Origin: Escherichia coli
GTDB lineage: Bacteria > Pseudomonadota > Gammaproteobacteria > Enterobacterales > Enterobacteriaceae
DNA length: 64,000 nucleotides
Reading direction: 5' to 3' (one strand)
NCBI RefSeq assembly: GCF_003334315.1
Contig: NZ_QOWR01000009.1
Under the pieces are notes generated by a model. The model ran no database searches. It was not told the DNA's origin and saw only the letters and a program-made list of their open reading frames with translations. Of this stretch, positions 41,585 through 53,251 are shown piece by piece. Position 1 is the stretch's first letter. The number at the start of each line of letters is the position of its first letter. Both the position numbers and the translations under genes were made by a program.

Positions 41585-41692
41585 TATGCGCATAGCTAAA
41601 ATTGGGGTCATCGCCCTGTTCCTGTTTATGGCGTTAGGCGGAATTGGTGGCGTCATGCTCGCAGGTTATACCTTTATTTTGCGTGCTGGCTA
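41585..41692 (+). CDS. yohO: Small membrane protein (35 aa)
   Basis: [35 protein letters not shown], with a strong AAGGAG Shine-Dalgarno; its 3' end overlaps the convergent yehW by 19 nt. Confidence 0.75.
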
Positions 41693-42405
41693 AGCGCCTG
41701 CACCAGCCTTTCAAACAGGCGGTCTGCGATGATCGCCGCCAGTGCCACCAGTAACGCCCCCTGGATCACATACGCGGTATTAAATCCGCTAAGCCCGATG
41801 ATGATGGGCGTACCCAGCGTGCTGGCCCCTACCGTTGAGGCGATCGTCGCCGTACCAATGTTGATAATCACCGAAGTTCGCACGCCCGCCAGAATCACCG
41901 GAGCCGCCAGCGGTAGCTCGACCTTACGCAGTCGCTGACCACGACTCATTCCCATACCTTTCGCAACTTCTGTCACGCTGGCATCAATCGCTCCCAGCCC
42001 GGCAAGTGTCGCCTGCAGGACGGGCAGCACACCGTAAAGGATCAAGGCGATAATCGCTGGTTGCAGACCAAAGCCGATCACCGGAACGGCGATCGCCAGC
42101 ACTGCGACGGGCGGAAAAGTCTGTCCAACGGCGGCAATAGTTTCCACCAGTGGGCGAAATTCCGCGCCCCACGGGCGAGTGACAGCAATTCCGGCACCAG
42201 TGCCAATGATCACCGCAAACAAACTCGAAATTCCCACCAGCCAGAAATGAGCCAGTGCCAGAGCTGCAAAACTTTCTTGCTGATAAACGGGTCGTGGCAG
42301 TTGTGGGAACAAGGCAGCAAACAGCGGCTGGCTGTAAGGCAGCCAGAAAATCAGCGCCACAAACAGAGCAATGAGCCAGAACAGCGGATCGCGCAACATC
42401 TTCAT
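41674..42405 (-). CDS. yehW: Osmoprotectant (glycine betaine) ABC transporter permease
   Basis: 243-aa polytopic permease, last gene of the osmF-yehYXW operon. Confidence 0.9.
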
Positions 42406-42409
42406 ACGC

Positions 42410-43336
42410 TTACGCCTCCACCAGCAGATCCTGAAAATGCAGCGTGCCGCAAGGCTGGCCCTGCATGTTCACCACCGGCAGCACCTCGCATCCCCGCGCA
42501 ACAAACAGAGAGAGCGCATCGCGTAGCGTCATCTCTTCTGCCAGTGCCTCACCATCTGCTCGTTCTTCGCGACGCACGTAATCCGCCACACTACGTAACG
42601 AAAGCAGGCGCACACCCAGTTCACTACGTCCAAAAAACTGGCGGACAAAATCATTCGCCGGACGAGTCAGCATCGTCAGCGGATTGCCCTGCTGCACTAC
42701 TTCACCGTGATCCATCAATACCAGATGTTCTGCCAGCCGTAGCGCCTCATCAATATCATGAGTGACCAGCACAATGGTACGCCCCAGCAAACGGTGAATG
42801 CGCGTCATCTCTTGTTGCAACGCGCCGCGCGTTACCGGGTCCAGTGCGCCAAAAGGTTCATCCATTAGTAAGACTTGCGGATCGGCAGCCAGTGCACGCG
42901 CCACTCCCACACGTTGCTGCTGACCACCGGAAAGCTGATGCGGATAACGCTCACGCAAATTTGACTCCAGCCCCAGTAGCGCCATTAATTCGTCGATACG
43001 ATCGTCAATCCGCGCCCGCGACCATTTTTGTAATTGCGGCACGGTAGCGATGTTTTGCGCCACGCTCCAGTGGGGGAACAGGCCAATAGATTGAATGGCA
43101 TAGCCCATCCGGCGGCGCAACTCCAGTACTGGCAGCGAGCGAATTTCTTCTCCGGCAAAGCGGATCTCTCCGCTGTCATGCTCCACCAGGCGGTTAATCA
43201 TTTTCAGGGTGGTGGATTTGCCGGAGCCAGATGTGCCAATCAGCACCGAAAAACTCCCTTCCTGAAAATTGAGATTGAGATCGTTAACGGCTTTTTGTGC
43301 GCCGAACAGTTTGCTGACATGGCTAAATTCAATCAT
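42410..43336 (-). CDS. yehX: Osmoprotectant ABC transporter ATP-binding protein
   Basis: 308 aa; Walker [10 protein letters not shown], signature LSGGQQQR, C-terminal CBS-like region. Confidence 0.9.
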   Translation of the reverse strand: MIEFSHVSKLFGAQKAVNDLNLNFQEGSFSVLIGTSGSGKSTTLKMINRLVEHDSGEIRFAGEEIRSLPVLELRRRMGYAIQSIGLFPHWSVAQNIATVPQLQKWSRARIDDRIDELMALLGLESNLRERYPHQLSGGQQQRVGVARALAADPQVLLMDEPFGALDPVTRGALQQEMTRIHRLLGRTIVLVTHDIDEALRLAEHLVLMDHGEVVQQGNPLTMLTRPANDFVRQFFGRSELGVRLLSLRSVADYVRREERADGEALAEEMTLRDALSLFVARGCEVLPVVNMQGQPCGTLHFQDLLVEA

Positions 43337-44486
43337 TACGTTTCACCTTCAGCAGTGCGATAAGCAAATCGAACAGCACGTCGGTAAGCACCGCCAGAAC
43401 AATTACCGGGATCACCCCCAGCAACACTAAATCAATGGCGCTGCTTAGCAGCCCCTGGAAAACCAGCGCACCAAAACCGCCTGCGCCGATTAACGCCGCA
43501 ATCACCGCCATACCTACAGTTTGCACCATCACCACCCGCAGGCTGCGCAGAAATACCGGTAACGCCAGCGGTAACTGAACATGCAGAAAACGCTGCGCCC
43601 CGCTCATCCCCATCGCTCTGGCGCTTTCCAGCACATCGCGCGGGATCTGGTTCAAACCGACTACCACGCCGCGCACCAGCGGCAGCAAGGCATAGAGCAC
43701 CAGCGCAATCAGTGCGGGTGTCATTCCGGTTCCTGCTATGCCGAGCGTCCCCAGCCACGGAAAGGCCGTAACCAGCGCGGCAAGCGGCGCAATCAACAGG
43801 CCAAAGAGCGCCACCGAAGGCACGGTCTGAATCACATTGAGCAGAGAAAAAATTGCCCCCTGCCGAGCAGTGGAAAAGTAGCACCAGATGCCCAACGGCA
43901 CACCAATCACTAACGCAGGCAGCACCGCACCAAACAGCAACGTCAGATGTTGTGCCAGCGCGTCGTCAAACACATCCTGACGGTTGGCGTATTCTTTCAT
44001 TAGTGAGAGATCGTTAAGCGTGCCGGAGTACAGCAACCACAGCGGAATAATGGCAATCTGCATATGCAACAACCAGCGCCACAGCGGATGCGTGGAGATT
44101 CGGCGGATGGCATCGCTACAGGCCAGCAATGCCAGCGCCGCAGCCAGCCAGAAACCACTGCCGAGGCTGGTACGCGCCAGCGCACTGCCATTTTGCGCCA
44201 GTTGGGTCGCCGCCTTTCCAGCTCCCCACACCAGCAATACGAAGACGAATTGCGCCAGAATGAGTGCACAAATGCTGCCTTTTTTACCGGGAATAAAACA
44301 GGCCGTCAGCCAGGCGCAACCAACGCCCACCAGCATCCAGATCGTTTGCGGCCACAGCTGCCAGAGATGACGCCCCTCACCCGAAACTAAACGATTAGGC
44401 GCGTAACTGATAAACGGCAGCGCCGCTGCGATTGCCGTCAGCAACAGCAGCAGCGCCAGAACAGGATTAATACGGAAATAAGTCAC
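43329..44486 (-). CDS. yehY: Osmoprotectant ABC transporter permease
   Basis: 385-aa permease; 8-nt overlap with yehX. Confidence 0.9.
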   Translation of the reverse strand: MTYFRINPVLALLLLLTAIAAALPFISYAPNRLVSGEGRHLWQLWPQTIWMLVGVGCAWLTACFIPGKKGSICALILAQFVFVLLVWGAGKAATQLAQNGSALARTSLGSGFWLAAALALLACSDAIRRISTHPLWRWLLHMQIAIIPLWLLYSGTLNDLSLMKEYANRQDVFDDALAQHLTLLFGAVLPALVIGVPLGIWCYFSTARQGAIFSLLNVIQTVPSVALFGLLIAPLAALVTAFPWLGTLGIAGTGMTPALIALVLYALLPLVRGVVVGLNQIPRDVLESARAMGMSGAQRFLHVQLPLALPVFLRSLRVVMVQTVGMAVIAALIGAGGFGALVFQGLLSSAIDLVLLGVIPVIVLAVLTDVLFDLLIALLKVKRND

Positions 44487-44492
44487 GGGAAA

Positions 44493-45410
44493 TTACTTCG
44501 TCCACCCTTTTTGTTTCAGGTAGTCGGCAGCCACTTTTTTGGCATCCAGTCCTTCCACAGCAATGCTGGCATTCAGTTGCTGCAATGTTTTTGCATCGAG
44601 GCTGGCGAAGACTGGCTGTAGCCACTGTGCCATTTGCGGATACTCCCTCAACACCGACTCACGCACCACTGGTGCAGGCGCGTAGATAGGTTGCACACCT
44701 TGCGGATCGCTTAAGGTTTGCAGCCCCAGCGCCGCTACCGGGCCGTCAGTGCCGTAAGCCATTGCAGCATTAACGCCAGAGGTTTGCTGGGCAGCGGCTT
44801 TGATCGTCACCGCCGTGTCGCCACCAGCCAGTGACAGCAACTGATCCTGACCGAGCTTAAAGCCATAGGCTTTTTCAAACGCGGGTAACGCATCGGCGCG
44901 TTCGATAAACTCTGCCGAGGCTGCCAGTTTGAAGGTGCCGCCCTCTTGCAGATAACGACTCAGGTCGGCAAGCGAAGTGAGTTTATTTTTCTCTGCCACA
45001 TCCTGACGCACGGCGATAGTCCAGGTGTTATTTGCAGGCGCGGGCGTCAGCCAGATTAACTTGTTGTGCTCCGAATCGAGCTTTTTGACTTTCTCGTAAC
45101 CTTGCTGCGCGTTTTTCCACGCTGCATCGTTTTCATCTTTAAAGAAGAAAGCGCCATTGCCGGTATATTCCGGATAGATATCCAGTTCACCGGAAGTAAT
45201 CGCCCCGCGCACCACAGGAGTCGTTCCGAGTTGCACTTTATTCACCGTCGGTACGCCGTGGCTTTCCAGCACCTGCAAAATGATATTGCCGAGTAGCGCA
45301 CCTTCGGTATCGATTTTTGAACCGACTTTAACGGGGGAAGCCGCCTGTAGCGGCAGGCTCACGGCTGCCAACATAACCAGTGAACCTGCCCAGAGCTTTA
45401 AGAGTGGCAT
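44493..45410 (-). CDS. osmF: Osmoprotectant ABC transporter substrate-binding protein
   Basis: 305 aa with signal peptide; first gene of the operon. Confidence 0.9.
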   Translation of the reverse strand: MPLLKLWAGSLVMLAAVSLPLQAASPVKVGSKIDTEGALLGNIILQVLESHGVPTVNKVQLGTTPVVRGAITSGELDIYPEYTGNGAFFFKDENDAAWKNAQQGYEKVKKLDSEHNKLIWLTPAPANNTWTIAVRQDVAEKNKLTSLADLSRYLQEGGTFKLAASAEFIERADALPAFEKAYGFKLGQDQLLSLAGGDTAVTIKAAAQQTSGVNAAMAYGTDGPVAALGLQTLSDPQGVQPIYAPAPVVRESVLREYPQMAQWLQPVFASLDAKTLQQLNASIAVEGLDAKKVAADYLKQKGWTK

Positions 45411-45529
45411 GATGCTTTCCTCATTCTTTTACTGTTGTTTTCAGCGAATTAAGAGAAAAGCATAGTTGATAATGGCGGGGTTAGCTTGAGCGGAAGGATT
45501 CAGTTGCAGAATCAGATAAATACTTAAGA

Positions 45530-45612
45530 GGCATATTCGGTCCGGCGTTTCCTGCCGGATGCGGCGCGAGCGCCTTATCCGGCCTACAAAGGGCGCAAAC
45601 GTCGCGCCCTTA
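45530..45612. repeat. REP (repetitive extragenic palindrome) elements
   Basis: Contains GCCGGATGCGGCG...CGCCTTATCCGGCCTACAAA, the canonical E. coli REP sequence. Confidence 0.65.
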
Positions 45613-45620
45613 CTAAAGCA

Positions 45621-47918
45621 TTACAGCAACTCAAACTCGCCTTTCTTAACGCGTGCGGAATCAGTGCCGATAAAGACATTGAACTTGCCAGGCTCGGCGT
45701 CATATTTCATCTGTTGATTCCAGAACTTCAGCGCCTCAATATCGATCGGGAAGCTGACAGTCTGAGTTTCGCCCGGTTTCAGGGTGATTTTCTCAAAGCC
45801 TTTCAGCTGTTTCACAGGGCGACTCATGGAAGCCGTCACATCCTGCAAGTACATCTGCACTACCGTGGCACCCTCGCGCTTACCGGTGTTCGTCACCTGC
45901 ACGCTGGCAGTCACTTTGCCGTCACGCTTCATGGTCGGCGCAGAAAGTTTCACATCAGAGACGGTGAAAGTGGTGTAGCTCAGCCCATAGCCGAACGGAT
46001 ACAACGCCCCGTTAGCTTCATCAAAATAACGCGAAGTGTATTTGTTCGGCTTGTCGGCATTATACGGGCGACCGGTATTCAGATGGCTGTAGTACACCGG
46101 GATCTGCCCGACAGAACGCGGGAAGGACATTGGCAGCTTGCCGGACGGGTTGTAATCGCCAAACAATACATCGGCAATTGCATTACCGCCTTCAGTCCCC
46201 GCAAACCAGGTTTCCAGAATCGCATCAGCCTGCTGATCTTCTTTCACCAGCGCCAGCGGACGCCCGTTCATCAGCACCAGCACCAGCGGTTTACCGGTGG
46301 CTTTCAGCGCCGCAATCAAGTCACGTTGGCTTTGCGGAATAGTGATATCGGTCCGGCTGGAGGCTTCGTGCGCCATCCCCTGTGCTTCACCGACTACAGC
46401 CACCACCACATCAGATTGTTTCGCCGTCTGCACCGCTTCATCAATCATCTCTTGCGGCGAACGCGGATCGACTTTGACCGCTTCTTCATACTGATTCAGG
46501 AAATCGATAATGCCTTTGTCACTGGTAACGTTCGCCCCTTTGGCATACAGCACTTTACCGTTTTCACCGACGGCATTTTTAATCCCGGTCAGTACGGTCA
46601 CGGATTGATCGGCAACACCGGCTGCGGACCAGCTGCCCATCACGTCACGTTTACTGTCCGCCAGTGGCCCAACCACCGCAATGGTGGCCGATTTTTTCAG
46701 CGGTAACGTTTCGAGACGGTTTTTCAGCAACACCAAGCTTTCGCGCGCCACTTCACGCGCTTCTTTACGGTGCAGGCGGCTTTCGGCATTGGTATCCACC
46801 GGGTCAGACTCTTTCGGCCCCAAATGGCTGTATGGGTCGTTAAACAACCCCATATCATATTTAACGTTCAGTACATGGCGGGCAGCATCGTCCAGCTCTG
46901 CCATCGTCACTTTGCCGGATTTAATCAACCCAGGCAGATACTTCGAGTAGTACTCGTCGCTCATGCTCATGTTGATTCCGGATTTCAGCGCCACGCGCAC
47001 CGCATCTTCCGGGTCTGCCGCCGTGCCATGTTTAATCAGCTCTTTGATTGCACCGTGATCGGAAACGGTGATGCCTTTAAAGCCCCACTGGTCGCGCAGA
47101 ACATCTTTCAGCAGCCAGGAATCGGAGGTGGCTGGCGTGCCGTTCAGCGAGTTCAGCGCCACCATCACCGCGCCGCTGCCTGCGTCCAGCCCCGCTTTGT
47201 ACGGCGGCATATAATCATTAAACAGGCGCTGCGGACTCATATCGACGGTGTTGTACTCTTTACCGCCTTCTACCGCGCCGTATGCGGCAAAGTGTTTGAC
47301 GCTGGTCATCACCGAGTAGCGATCTGCCGGGCTTTTACCCTGCATCGCTTCCACCATGGTTTTACCCATTGTTGAGGTGAGATACGTATCTTCGCCAAAA
47401 CCTTCGGAAGCACGTCCCCAGCGCGGATCGCGCGAGACATCGACCATCGGTGCCCAGGTCATATTCAGGCCATCATCTGCCGCTTCATAAGCAGAGACAC
47501 GTCCGACCGTTTTCACTGCATCGAGGTTAAAAGACGAGGCCAGACCGAGGCTAATCGGGAACACCGTGCGCTGACCGTGCAGCACGTCGTAAGCAAAGAA
47601 AAGAGGAATTTTCAGGCGGCTTAATTCCATCACCTGATCCTGCATGGCGCGGATATCCTGACGGGTTACGGTGTTGAAAATCGCCCCAACCTGACCGTCT
47701 TTGATCATCTCGCGGATCGCCTCTTTCGGGTTATCCGGGCCGACGCTGATTAAGCGCAGCTGACCAATTTTCTCATCAACTGTCATTTTCTTAAGCAGTT
47801 CGGTGACGAACGCATCCCGCGCTTCGGGCGTTAATGGATGGTTGCCGAATAAATCATCCGCCAGTGCTGGCTGCAGGGCCAGACTCACCGCGATTCCTAC
47901 TGAACATAGCCATTTCAT
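45621..47918 (-). CDS. bglX: Periplasmic beta-glucosidase (glycoside hydrolase family 3)
   Basis: 765 aa from MKWLCSVGIAVSLALQPALA (signal peptide). Confidence 0.9.
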   Translation of the reverse strand: MKWLCSVGIAVSLALQPALADDLFGNHPLTPEARDAFVTELLKKMTVDEKIGQLRLISVGPDNPKEAIREMIKDGQVGAIFNTVTRQDIRAMQDQVMELSRLKIPLFFAYDVLHGQRTVFPISLGLASSFNLDAVKTVGRVSAYEAADDGLNMTWAPMVDVSRDPRWGRASEGFGEDTYLTSTMGKTMVEAMQGKSPADRYSVMTSVKHFAAYGAVEGGKEYNTVDMSPQRLFNDYMPPYKAGLDAGSGAVMVALNSLNGTPATSDSWLLKDVLRDQWGFKGITVSDHGAIKELIKHGTAADPEDAVRVALKSGINMSMSDEYYSKYLPGLIKSGKVTMAELDDAARHVLNVKYDMGLFNDPYSHLGPKESDPVDTNAESRLHRKEAREVARESLVLLKNRLETLPLKKSATIAVVGPLADSKRDVMGSWSAAGVADQSVTVLTGIKNAVGENGKVLYAKGANVTSDKGIIDFLNQYEEAVKVDPRSPQEMIDEAVQTAKQSDVVVAVVGEAQGMAHEASSRTDITIPQSQRDLIAALKATGKPLVLVLMNGRPLALVKEDQQADAILETWFAGTEGGNAIADVLFGDYNPSGKLPMSFPRSVGQIPVYYSHLNTGRPYNADKPNKYTSRYFDEANGALYPFGYGLSYTTFTVSDVKLSAPTMKRDGKVTASVQVTNTGKREGATVVQMYLQDVTASMSRPVKQLKGFEKITLKPGETQTVSFPIDIEALKFWNQQMKYDAEPGKFNVFIGTDSARVKKGEFELL

Positions 47919-48113
47919 ATGGATTTTTCTTCCTTTGTTGCCCGACGTGGCAGCGAAAATGGTGCAAAAACCGTAGTTTGCCATAAGCATGATGGAGAGA
48001 GAAAAAGAATGCTCAGTTTCTTGTCTGAATTTTCAAAATATTCACTCGCTGAATTGTTATACAAGGCGCTATTCTAGTTTGTGATATTTTTTCGCCACCA
48101 CAAGGAGTGGAAA

Positions 48114-49829
48114 ATGTCTTCCATGACAACAACTGATAATAAAGCCTTTTTGAATGAACTTGCTCGTCTGGTGGGTTCTTCACACCTGCTCACCGATCCC
48201 GCAAAAACGGCCCGCTATCGCAAGGGCTTCCGTTCTGGTCAGGGCGACGCGCTGGCTGTCGTTTTCCCTGGCTCACTACTAGAATTGTGGCGGGTGCTGA
48301 AAGCCTGCGTCACCGCCGACAAAATTATTCTGATGCAGGCCGCCAATACAGGCCTGACCGAAGGATCGACGCCAAACGGTAACGATTATGATCGCGATGT
48401 CGTTATCATCAGCACCCTGCGTCTCGACAAGCTGCACGTTCTTGGCAAGGGCGAACAGGTGCTGGCCTATCCGGGCACCACGCTCTATTCGCTGGAAAAA
48501 GCCCTCAAACCGCTGGGACGCGAACCGCACTCAGTGATTGGATCATCGTGTATAGGCGCATCGGTCATCGGCGGTATTTGTAACAACTCCGGCGGCTCGC
48601 TGGTGCAACGTGGCCCGGCGTATACCGAAATGTCGTTATTCGCGCGTATAAATGAAGACGGCAAACTGACGCTGGTGAACCATCTGGGGATTGATCTGGG
48701 CGAAACGCCGGAGCAGATCCTTAGCAAGCTGGATGATGATCGCATCAAAGATGACGATGTGCGTCACGATGGTCGTCACGCCCACGATTATGACTATGTC
48801 CACCGCGTTCGTGATATTGAAGCCGACACGCCCGCACGTTATAACGCCGATCCTGATCGGTTATTTGAATCTTCTGGTTGCGCCGGGAAGCTGGCGGTCT
48901 TTGCAGTACGTCTTGATACCTTCGAAGCGGAAAAAAATCAGCAGGTGTTTTATATCGGCACCAACCAGCCGGAAGTGCTGACCGAAATCCGCCGTCATAT
49001 TCTGGCTAACTTCGAAAATCTGCCGGTTGCCGGGGAATATATGCACCGGGATATCTACGATATTGCGGAAAAATACGGCAAAGACACCTTCCTGATGATT
49101 GATAAGTTAGGCACCGACAAGATGCCGTTCTTCTTTAATCTCAAGGGACGCACCGATGCGATGCTGGAGAAAGTGAAATTCTTCCGTCCGCATTTTACTG
49201 ACCGTGCGATGCAAAAATTCGGTCACCTGTTCCCCAGCCATTTACCGCCGCGCATGAAAAACTGGCGCGATAAATACGAGCATCATCTGCTGTTAAAAAT
49301 GGCGGGCGATGGCGTGGGCGAAGCCAAATCGTGGCTGGTGGATTATTTCAAACAGGCCGAAGGCGATTTCTTTGTCTGTACGCCGGAGGAAGGCAGCAAA
49401 GCGTTTTTACACCGTTTCGCCGCTGCGGGCGCAGCAATTCGTTATCAGGCGGTGCATTCCGATGAAGTCGAAGACATTCTGGCGTTGGATATCGCTCTGC
49501 GGCGTAACGACACCGAGTGGTATGAGCATTTACCGCCGGAGATCGACAGCCAGCTGGTGCACAAGCTCTATTACGGCCATTTTATGTGCTATGTCTTCCA
49601 TCAGGATTACATAGTGAAAAAAGGCGTGGATGTGCATGCGTTAAAAGAACAGATGCTGGAACTGCTACAGCAGCGCGGCGCGCAGTACCCTGCCGAGCAT
49701 AACGTCGGTCATTTGTATAAAGCACCGGAGACGTTGCAGAAGTTCTATCGCGAGAACGATCCGACCAACAGCATGAATCCGGGGATCGGTAAAACCAGTA
49801 AACGGAAAAACTGGCAGGAAGTGGAGTAA
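48114..49829 (+). CDS. dld: FAD-dependent D-lactate dehydrogenase (quinone)
   Basis: 571 aa from MSSMTTTDNKAFLNELARL. Confidence 0.9.
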   Translation: MSSMTTTDNKAFLNELARLVGSSHLLTDPAKTARYRKGFRSGQGDALAVVFPGSLLELWRVLKACVTADKIILMQAANTGLTEGSTPNGNDYDRDVVIISTLRLDKLHVLGKGEQVLAYPGTTLYSLEKALKPLGREPHSVIGSSCIGASVIGGICNNSGGSLVQRGPAYTEMSLFARINEDGKLTLVNHLGIDLGETPEQILSKLDDDRIKDDDVRHDGRHAHDYDYVHRVRDIEADTPARYNADPDRLFESSGCAGKLAVFAVRLDTFEAEKNQQVFYIGTNQPEVLTEIRRHILANFENLPVAGEYMHRDIYDIAEKYGKDTFLMIDKLGTDKMPFFFNLKGRTDAMLEKVKFFRPHFTDRAMQKFGHLFPSHLPPRMKNWRDKYEHHLLLKMAGDGVGEAKSWLVDYFKQAEGDFFVCTPEEGSKAFLHRFAAAGAAIRYQAVHSDEVEDILALDIALRRNDTEWYEHLPPEIDSQLVHKLYYGHFMCYVFHQDYIVKKGVDVHALKEQMLELLQQRGAQYPAEHNVGHLYKAPETLQKFYRENDPTNSMNPGIGKTSKRKNWQEVE

Positions 49830-49866
49830 AAATTACGGATGGCAGAGTATCGCCATCCGAATTCAC

Positions 49867-50799
49867 TTAATCGTTCTGTGCCGTCTGCCCCGCCGCCGCC
49901 ATTTGGGCGGCTTTTTGTTTTTTATAGCTCAACGCTGCTGCCGGCACAGGCATCACTTTACCGGTTTCAATCCAGGTACGCAGGCGGCTGGCATCGGCAA
50001 AATGGGTATATTTGCCAAACGCGTCCATCACTACCAGCGCCACCGGTTTATTATTGATAACCGTACGCATCACCAGACAATGGCCCGCCGCATTGGTAAA
50101 GCCGGTTTTGGTTAACTGAATATTCCAGTTATCGCGATACACCAGATGATTAGTATTGCGGAACGGCAGCGTATACGTCGGATTAGAGAAGGTTGCCATA
50201 TCTTCCCGGGTAGTACTTAACTGCCCGATCAACGGATATTGTTTGCTGGCAATGAGCAGTTTGGTTAAGTCACGGGCAGTTGAAACGTTATGCACCGACA
50301 ATCCGGTAGGTTCAACAAAGCGCGTGTTGTTCATTCCGAGCGATTTCGCTTTCGCATTCATTGCCTTAATAAAGGCTTTGTAACCACCGGGATAATGGTG
50401 CGCAAGGCTTGCCGCCGCGCGGTTTTCTGAAGACATCAGCGCCAGCAACAGCATATCTTTACGGCTGATTTCGCTATTCAGTCGTACGCGCGAATAGACC
50501 CCTTTCATCTCCGGCGTCTGGCTGATATCCACTTTTAGTTTTTCATCCAGCGGCAGTCGTGCATCCAGCACAACCATCGCGGTCATTAATTTGCTGATAG
50601 ACGCAATCGGACGCACCAGATCCGGGTGGTTCGAATAGATCACTTTGTTGGTATTCAGATCAACAATCATCGCGCTACCGGAGGCAATTTCCGGTTGTGA
50701 AGTGGTGGTAGCGGCTGCCGTTTTCGCAACGGCCTGCGGTGCAAAAGGCACAGCCAGCATCAGGGCCAGGCTAAATAAAGAAACTCGAAATTTCGGCAT
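49867..50799 (-). CDS. pbpG: D-alanyl-D-alanine endopeptidase (PBP7)
   Basis: About 310 aa with signal peptide and an SxxK active site (ASISKLMT). Confidence 0.9.
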   Translation of the reverse strand: MPKFRVSLFSLALMLAVPFAPQAVAKTAAATTTSQPEIASGSAMIVDLNTNKVIYSNHPDLVRPIASISKLMTAMVVLDARLPLDEKLKVDISQTPEMKGVYSRVRLNSEISRKDMLLLALMSSENRAAASLAHHYPGGYKAFIKAMNAKAKSLGMNNTRFVEPTGLSVHNVSTARDLTKLLIASKQYPLIGQLSTTREDMATFSNPTYTLPFRNTNHLVYRDNWNIQLTKTGFTNAAGHCLVMRTVINNKPVALVVMDAFGKYTHFADASRLRTWIETGKVMPVPAAALSYKKQKAAQMAAAGQTAQND

Positions 50800-50972
50800 G
50801 ATGAGCATTCAGATAGTGGTTCACGCGCACGGGTTGCGCACCGCCGGAGTAAGGATTTACTGAGGCTAGCGACGCCATCATAACGAGCAAAAAGTGCGAT
50901 CGTCAAAGGAGAATCGTGAGGAAATGCTGCATTGCTGACATTTACGCCAGCAATGCAACGTCAAAGAACTTT

Positions 50973-51560
50973 CTAGAACAAACGATAACCGTAGCCCCAT
51001 AGTATAACGGTTAGGGCGAGCAGCACTTCCAGTACCAGCACGCCAATCGCCAGCGTCGAACTAGAGAAGCTAAGGCCTTCCTCTTTGTTGATATTCAGGA
51101 AGCTCGGAATACCAAGGTAAAGCAGGTAGCCGGTGTAAAACAGCGCCACCGTGCCGACCAGCGCACACAACCAGACCAGTGGATAAAGCGCCACCAGACC
51201 GCTTAAAAACAGCGGAGTTGCAACGTAGCCCGCGAAGACCATGCAGTGCGCAAGTGACGGACGCTGCGGATAATTACGCGCCATCCACCAGATGACCCGC
51301 CCCATCACCGCGACCCCAGCCAGCATAACGCCGTAAAACAAGACAGCCAGCGCCAGTCCGGTAAACCAGGATAACTTCAGGATAGTGCCATCGCCAAAAT
51401 TCCAGCCAATCTGTGTAGTGCCAATGAAGGCGCAAATCACCGGAATCGCCGCCATCAGCAAAACGTGGTGGGTGTAATGGTGAGAAATCGTTTCGTTTTC
51501 GCGATTAATCACCTGCATTTCACGATCGGGATGGGAAAACAGTCCCCAGACATGGCTCAT
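50973..51560 (-). CDS. yohC: Yip1-family inner membrane protein
   Basis: About 195-aa polytopic protein. Confidence 0.8.
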   Translation of the reverse strand: MSHVWGLFSHPDREMQVINRENETISHHYTHHVLLMAAIPVICAFIGTTQIGWNFGDGTILKLSWFTGLALAVLFYGVMLAGVAVMGRVIWWMARNYPQRPSLAHCMVFAGYVATPLFLSGLVALYPLVWLCALVGTVALFYTGYLLYLGIPSFLNINKEEGLSFSSSTLAIGVLVLEVLLALTVILWGYGYRLF

Positions 51561-51729
51561 ACCGCCCCCTTGTTGTGAGTTCATGAACCTGACAGTTCAA
51601 GTATAAGTCAGCTTGTGATTATTTTTTGTTCGCCCATGTAATTTTCACTGTCTGATGAACGTCCTTTTTCAGCGTGAATGATTCACAGGGTGTATGCTTA
51701 CTGGCAACCAAAGGGAGACAGACTGGCCT

Positions 51730-52308
51730 ATGGATCTCAATACACTTATCTCACAATATGGTTATGCCGCGCTGGTGATCGGTAGCCTGGCGGAAGGTGA
51801 AACCGTGACTTTGCTGGGAGGCGTTGCGGCGCATCAGGGGCTATTAAAGTTCCCGCTGGTGGTACTTTCTGTGGCGCTTGGCGGCATGATTGGCGACCAG
51901 GTGCTCTATCTGTGCGGGCGGCGGTTTGGCGGCAAGCTGTTACGCCGTTTCTCGAAACATCAGGATAAAATTGAGCGGGCGCAGAAACTTATCCAACGCC
52001 ATCCGTATCTGTTTGTCATTGGTACGCGCTTTATGTATGGCTTTCGGGTGATTGGCCCGACGCTGATTGGTGCCAGCCAGCTGCCGCCGAAAATCTTTCT
52101 GCCGCTGAATATTCTCGGCGCATTTGCCTGGGCGTTGATTTTTACCACTATTGGTTACGCTGGTGGTCAGGTGATTGCGCCGTGGTTGCACAATCTCGAC
52201 CAGCATTTGAAGCACTGGGTCTGGTTGATTCTGGTCGTGGTTCTGGTGGTGGGCGTGCGCTGGTGGCTGAAACGACGCGGGAAGAAAAAGCCGGATCATC
52301 AGGCGTAA
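51730..52308 (+). CDS. yohD: DedA-family inner membrane protein
   Basis: 192 aa from MDLNTLISQYGYAALVIGSLAEGE. Confidence 0.85.
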   Translation: MDLNTLISQYGYAALVIGSLAEGETVTLLGGVAAHQGLLKFPLVVLSVALGGMIGDQVLYLCGRRFGGKLLRRFSKHQDKIERAQKLIQRHPYLFVIGTRFMYGFRVIGPTLIGASQLPPKIFLPLNILGAFAWALIFTTIGYAGGQVIAPWLHNLDQHLKHWVWLILVVVLVVGVRWWLKRRGKKKPDHQA

Positions 52309-52437
52309 AACCATTGCCCTGGATAAGGCGTTCGCGCCGCATCCGACATCCGGAGTACCATGCCTGATACGACGCTTGTGCGTCTTTTCATGCCGACCAA
52401 AATATTACCCAATGAAATATCCACGCACCTCACTGCG

Positions 52438-53199
52438 CTATTCTGGGTTGAACTGTGGATTCGCCAACATAAAGCCGCCATCCACTATCAACGACTGCCC
52501 GGTGGTGTAATTTGCGCCCTCCGAACAAAGCCACACCACCAGGCTGGCAATCTCATGCGTTGCGCCAAAACGCCGCAAGGGAATCGAAGGCTCCGCGTCG
52601 GGCTTCACGTCGCTGTCATCCATGCCATTCATTGGCGTGGCGATCGCCCCAGGCGCGACTGCGTTCACCAAAATCTTATGCCTGACCAGCTCCAGCGCCA
52701 TCGCTTTGGTTAACCCACCGAGCGCATGTTTAGCGGCTGTGTAGGCGCTGGCATCCGGCAGCGGCGTATGTTCATGTACCGACGTAATGTTGATGATGCG
52801 ACCGCCCTGCCCTTGTTTCACCATCTGACGAGCCGCAATTTGCGAGCATAAGAATGCACCATCGACATCAACGGTAAAAATCTTGCGCCACTCATCAAAA
52901 GCCATATCAAGAAACGGCGCTTTGGTCATTGCACCCGCATTATTCACCAGCACATCAATGCGCCCCAGCCGTTGAATGAGTTTCTCCAGCGCCAGTGCCC
53001 CTTCTGGTAGATTGCCGAGATCCAGCTGCACGATCTCCGCACGTACGCCGTGGCTAACTACCTCACGCGCGGTATCTTTTGCCCCTTCTTCATCTGAGTG
53101 CCAGGTAATACCAATATCAAACCCCTGCTGCGCCAGTAATAACGCGCACTCTTTGCCGATCCCCGAATCGGAGGCGGTAATAATCGCAACCTGTGCCAT
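52438..53199 (-). CDS. yohF: Short-chain dehydrogenase/reductase
   Basis: 253 aa; Rossmann motif TASDSGIG and Y-x3-K. Confidence 0.85.
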   Translation of the reverse strand: MAQVAIITASDSGIGKECALLLAQQGFDIGITWHSDEEGAKDTAREVVSHGVRAEIVQLDLGNLPEGALALEKLIQRLGRIDVLVNNAGAMTKAPFLDMAFDEWRKIFTVDVDGAFLCSQIAARQMVKQGQGGRIINITSVHEHTPLPDASAYTAAKHALGGLTKAMALELVRHKILVNAVAPGAIATPMNGMDDSDVKPDAEPSIPLRRFGATHEIASLVVWLCSEGANYTTGQSLIVDGGFMLANPQFNPE

Positions 53200-53251
53200 C
53201 GAGTTCTCCACTTAACGCTGAATAAACGTTAAGTATAGAAGGCGCATATCA

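Noticed and set aside
42061-42765. 234-aa ORF on the + strand spanning the yehW/yehX junction
   Set aside because: It is antisense to two well-supported ABC-transporter genes and has a low-complexity, Pro/Ala/His-rich translation; treated as spurious.
45714-46706. 330-aa ORF on the + strand
   Set aside because: It lies entirely antisense within bglX, whose protein is clearly recognisable; it is a shadow ORF from GC-rich coding sequence. The same applies to the many 60-250-aa ORFs antisense to metG, molR, yehI, yehQ, yehB, yehX/yehY and others.
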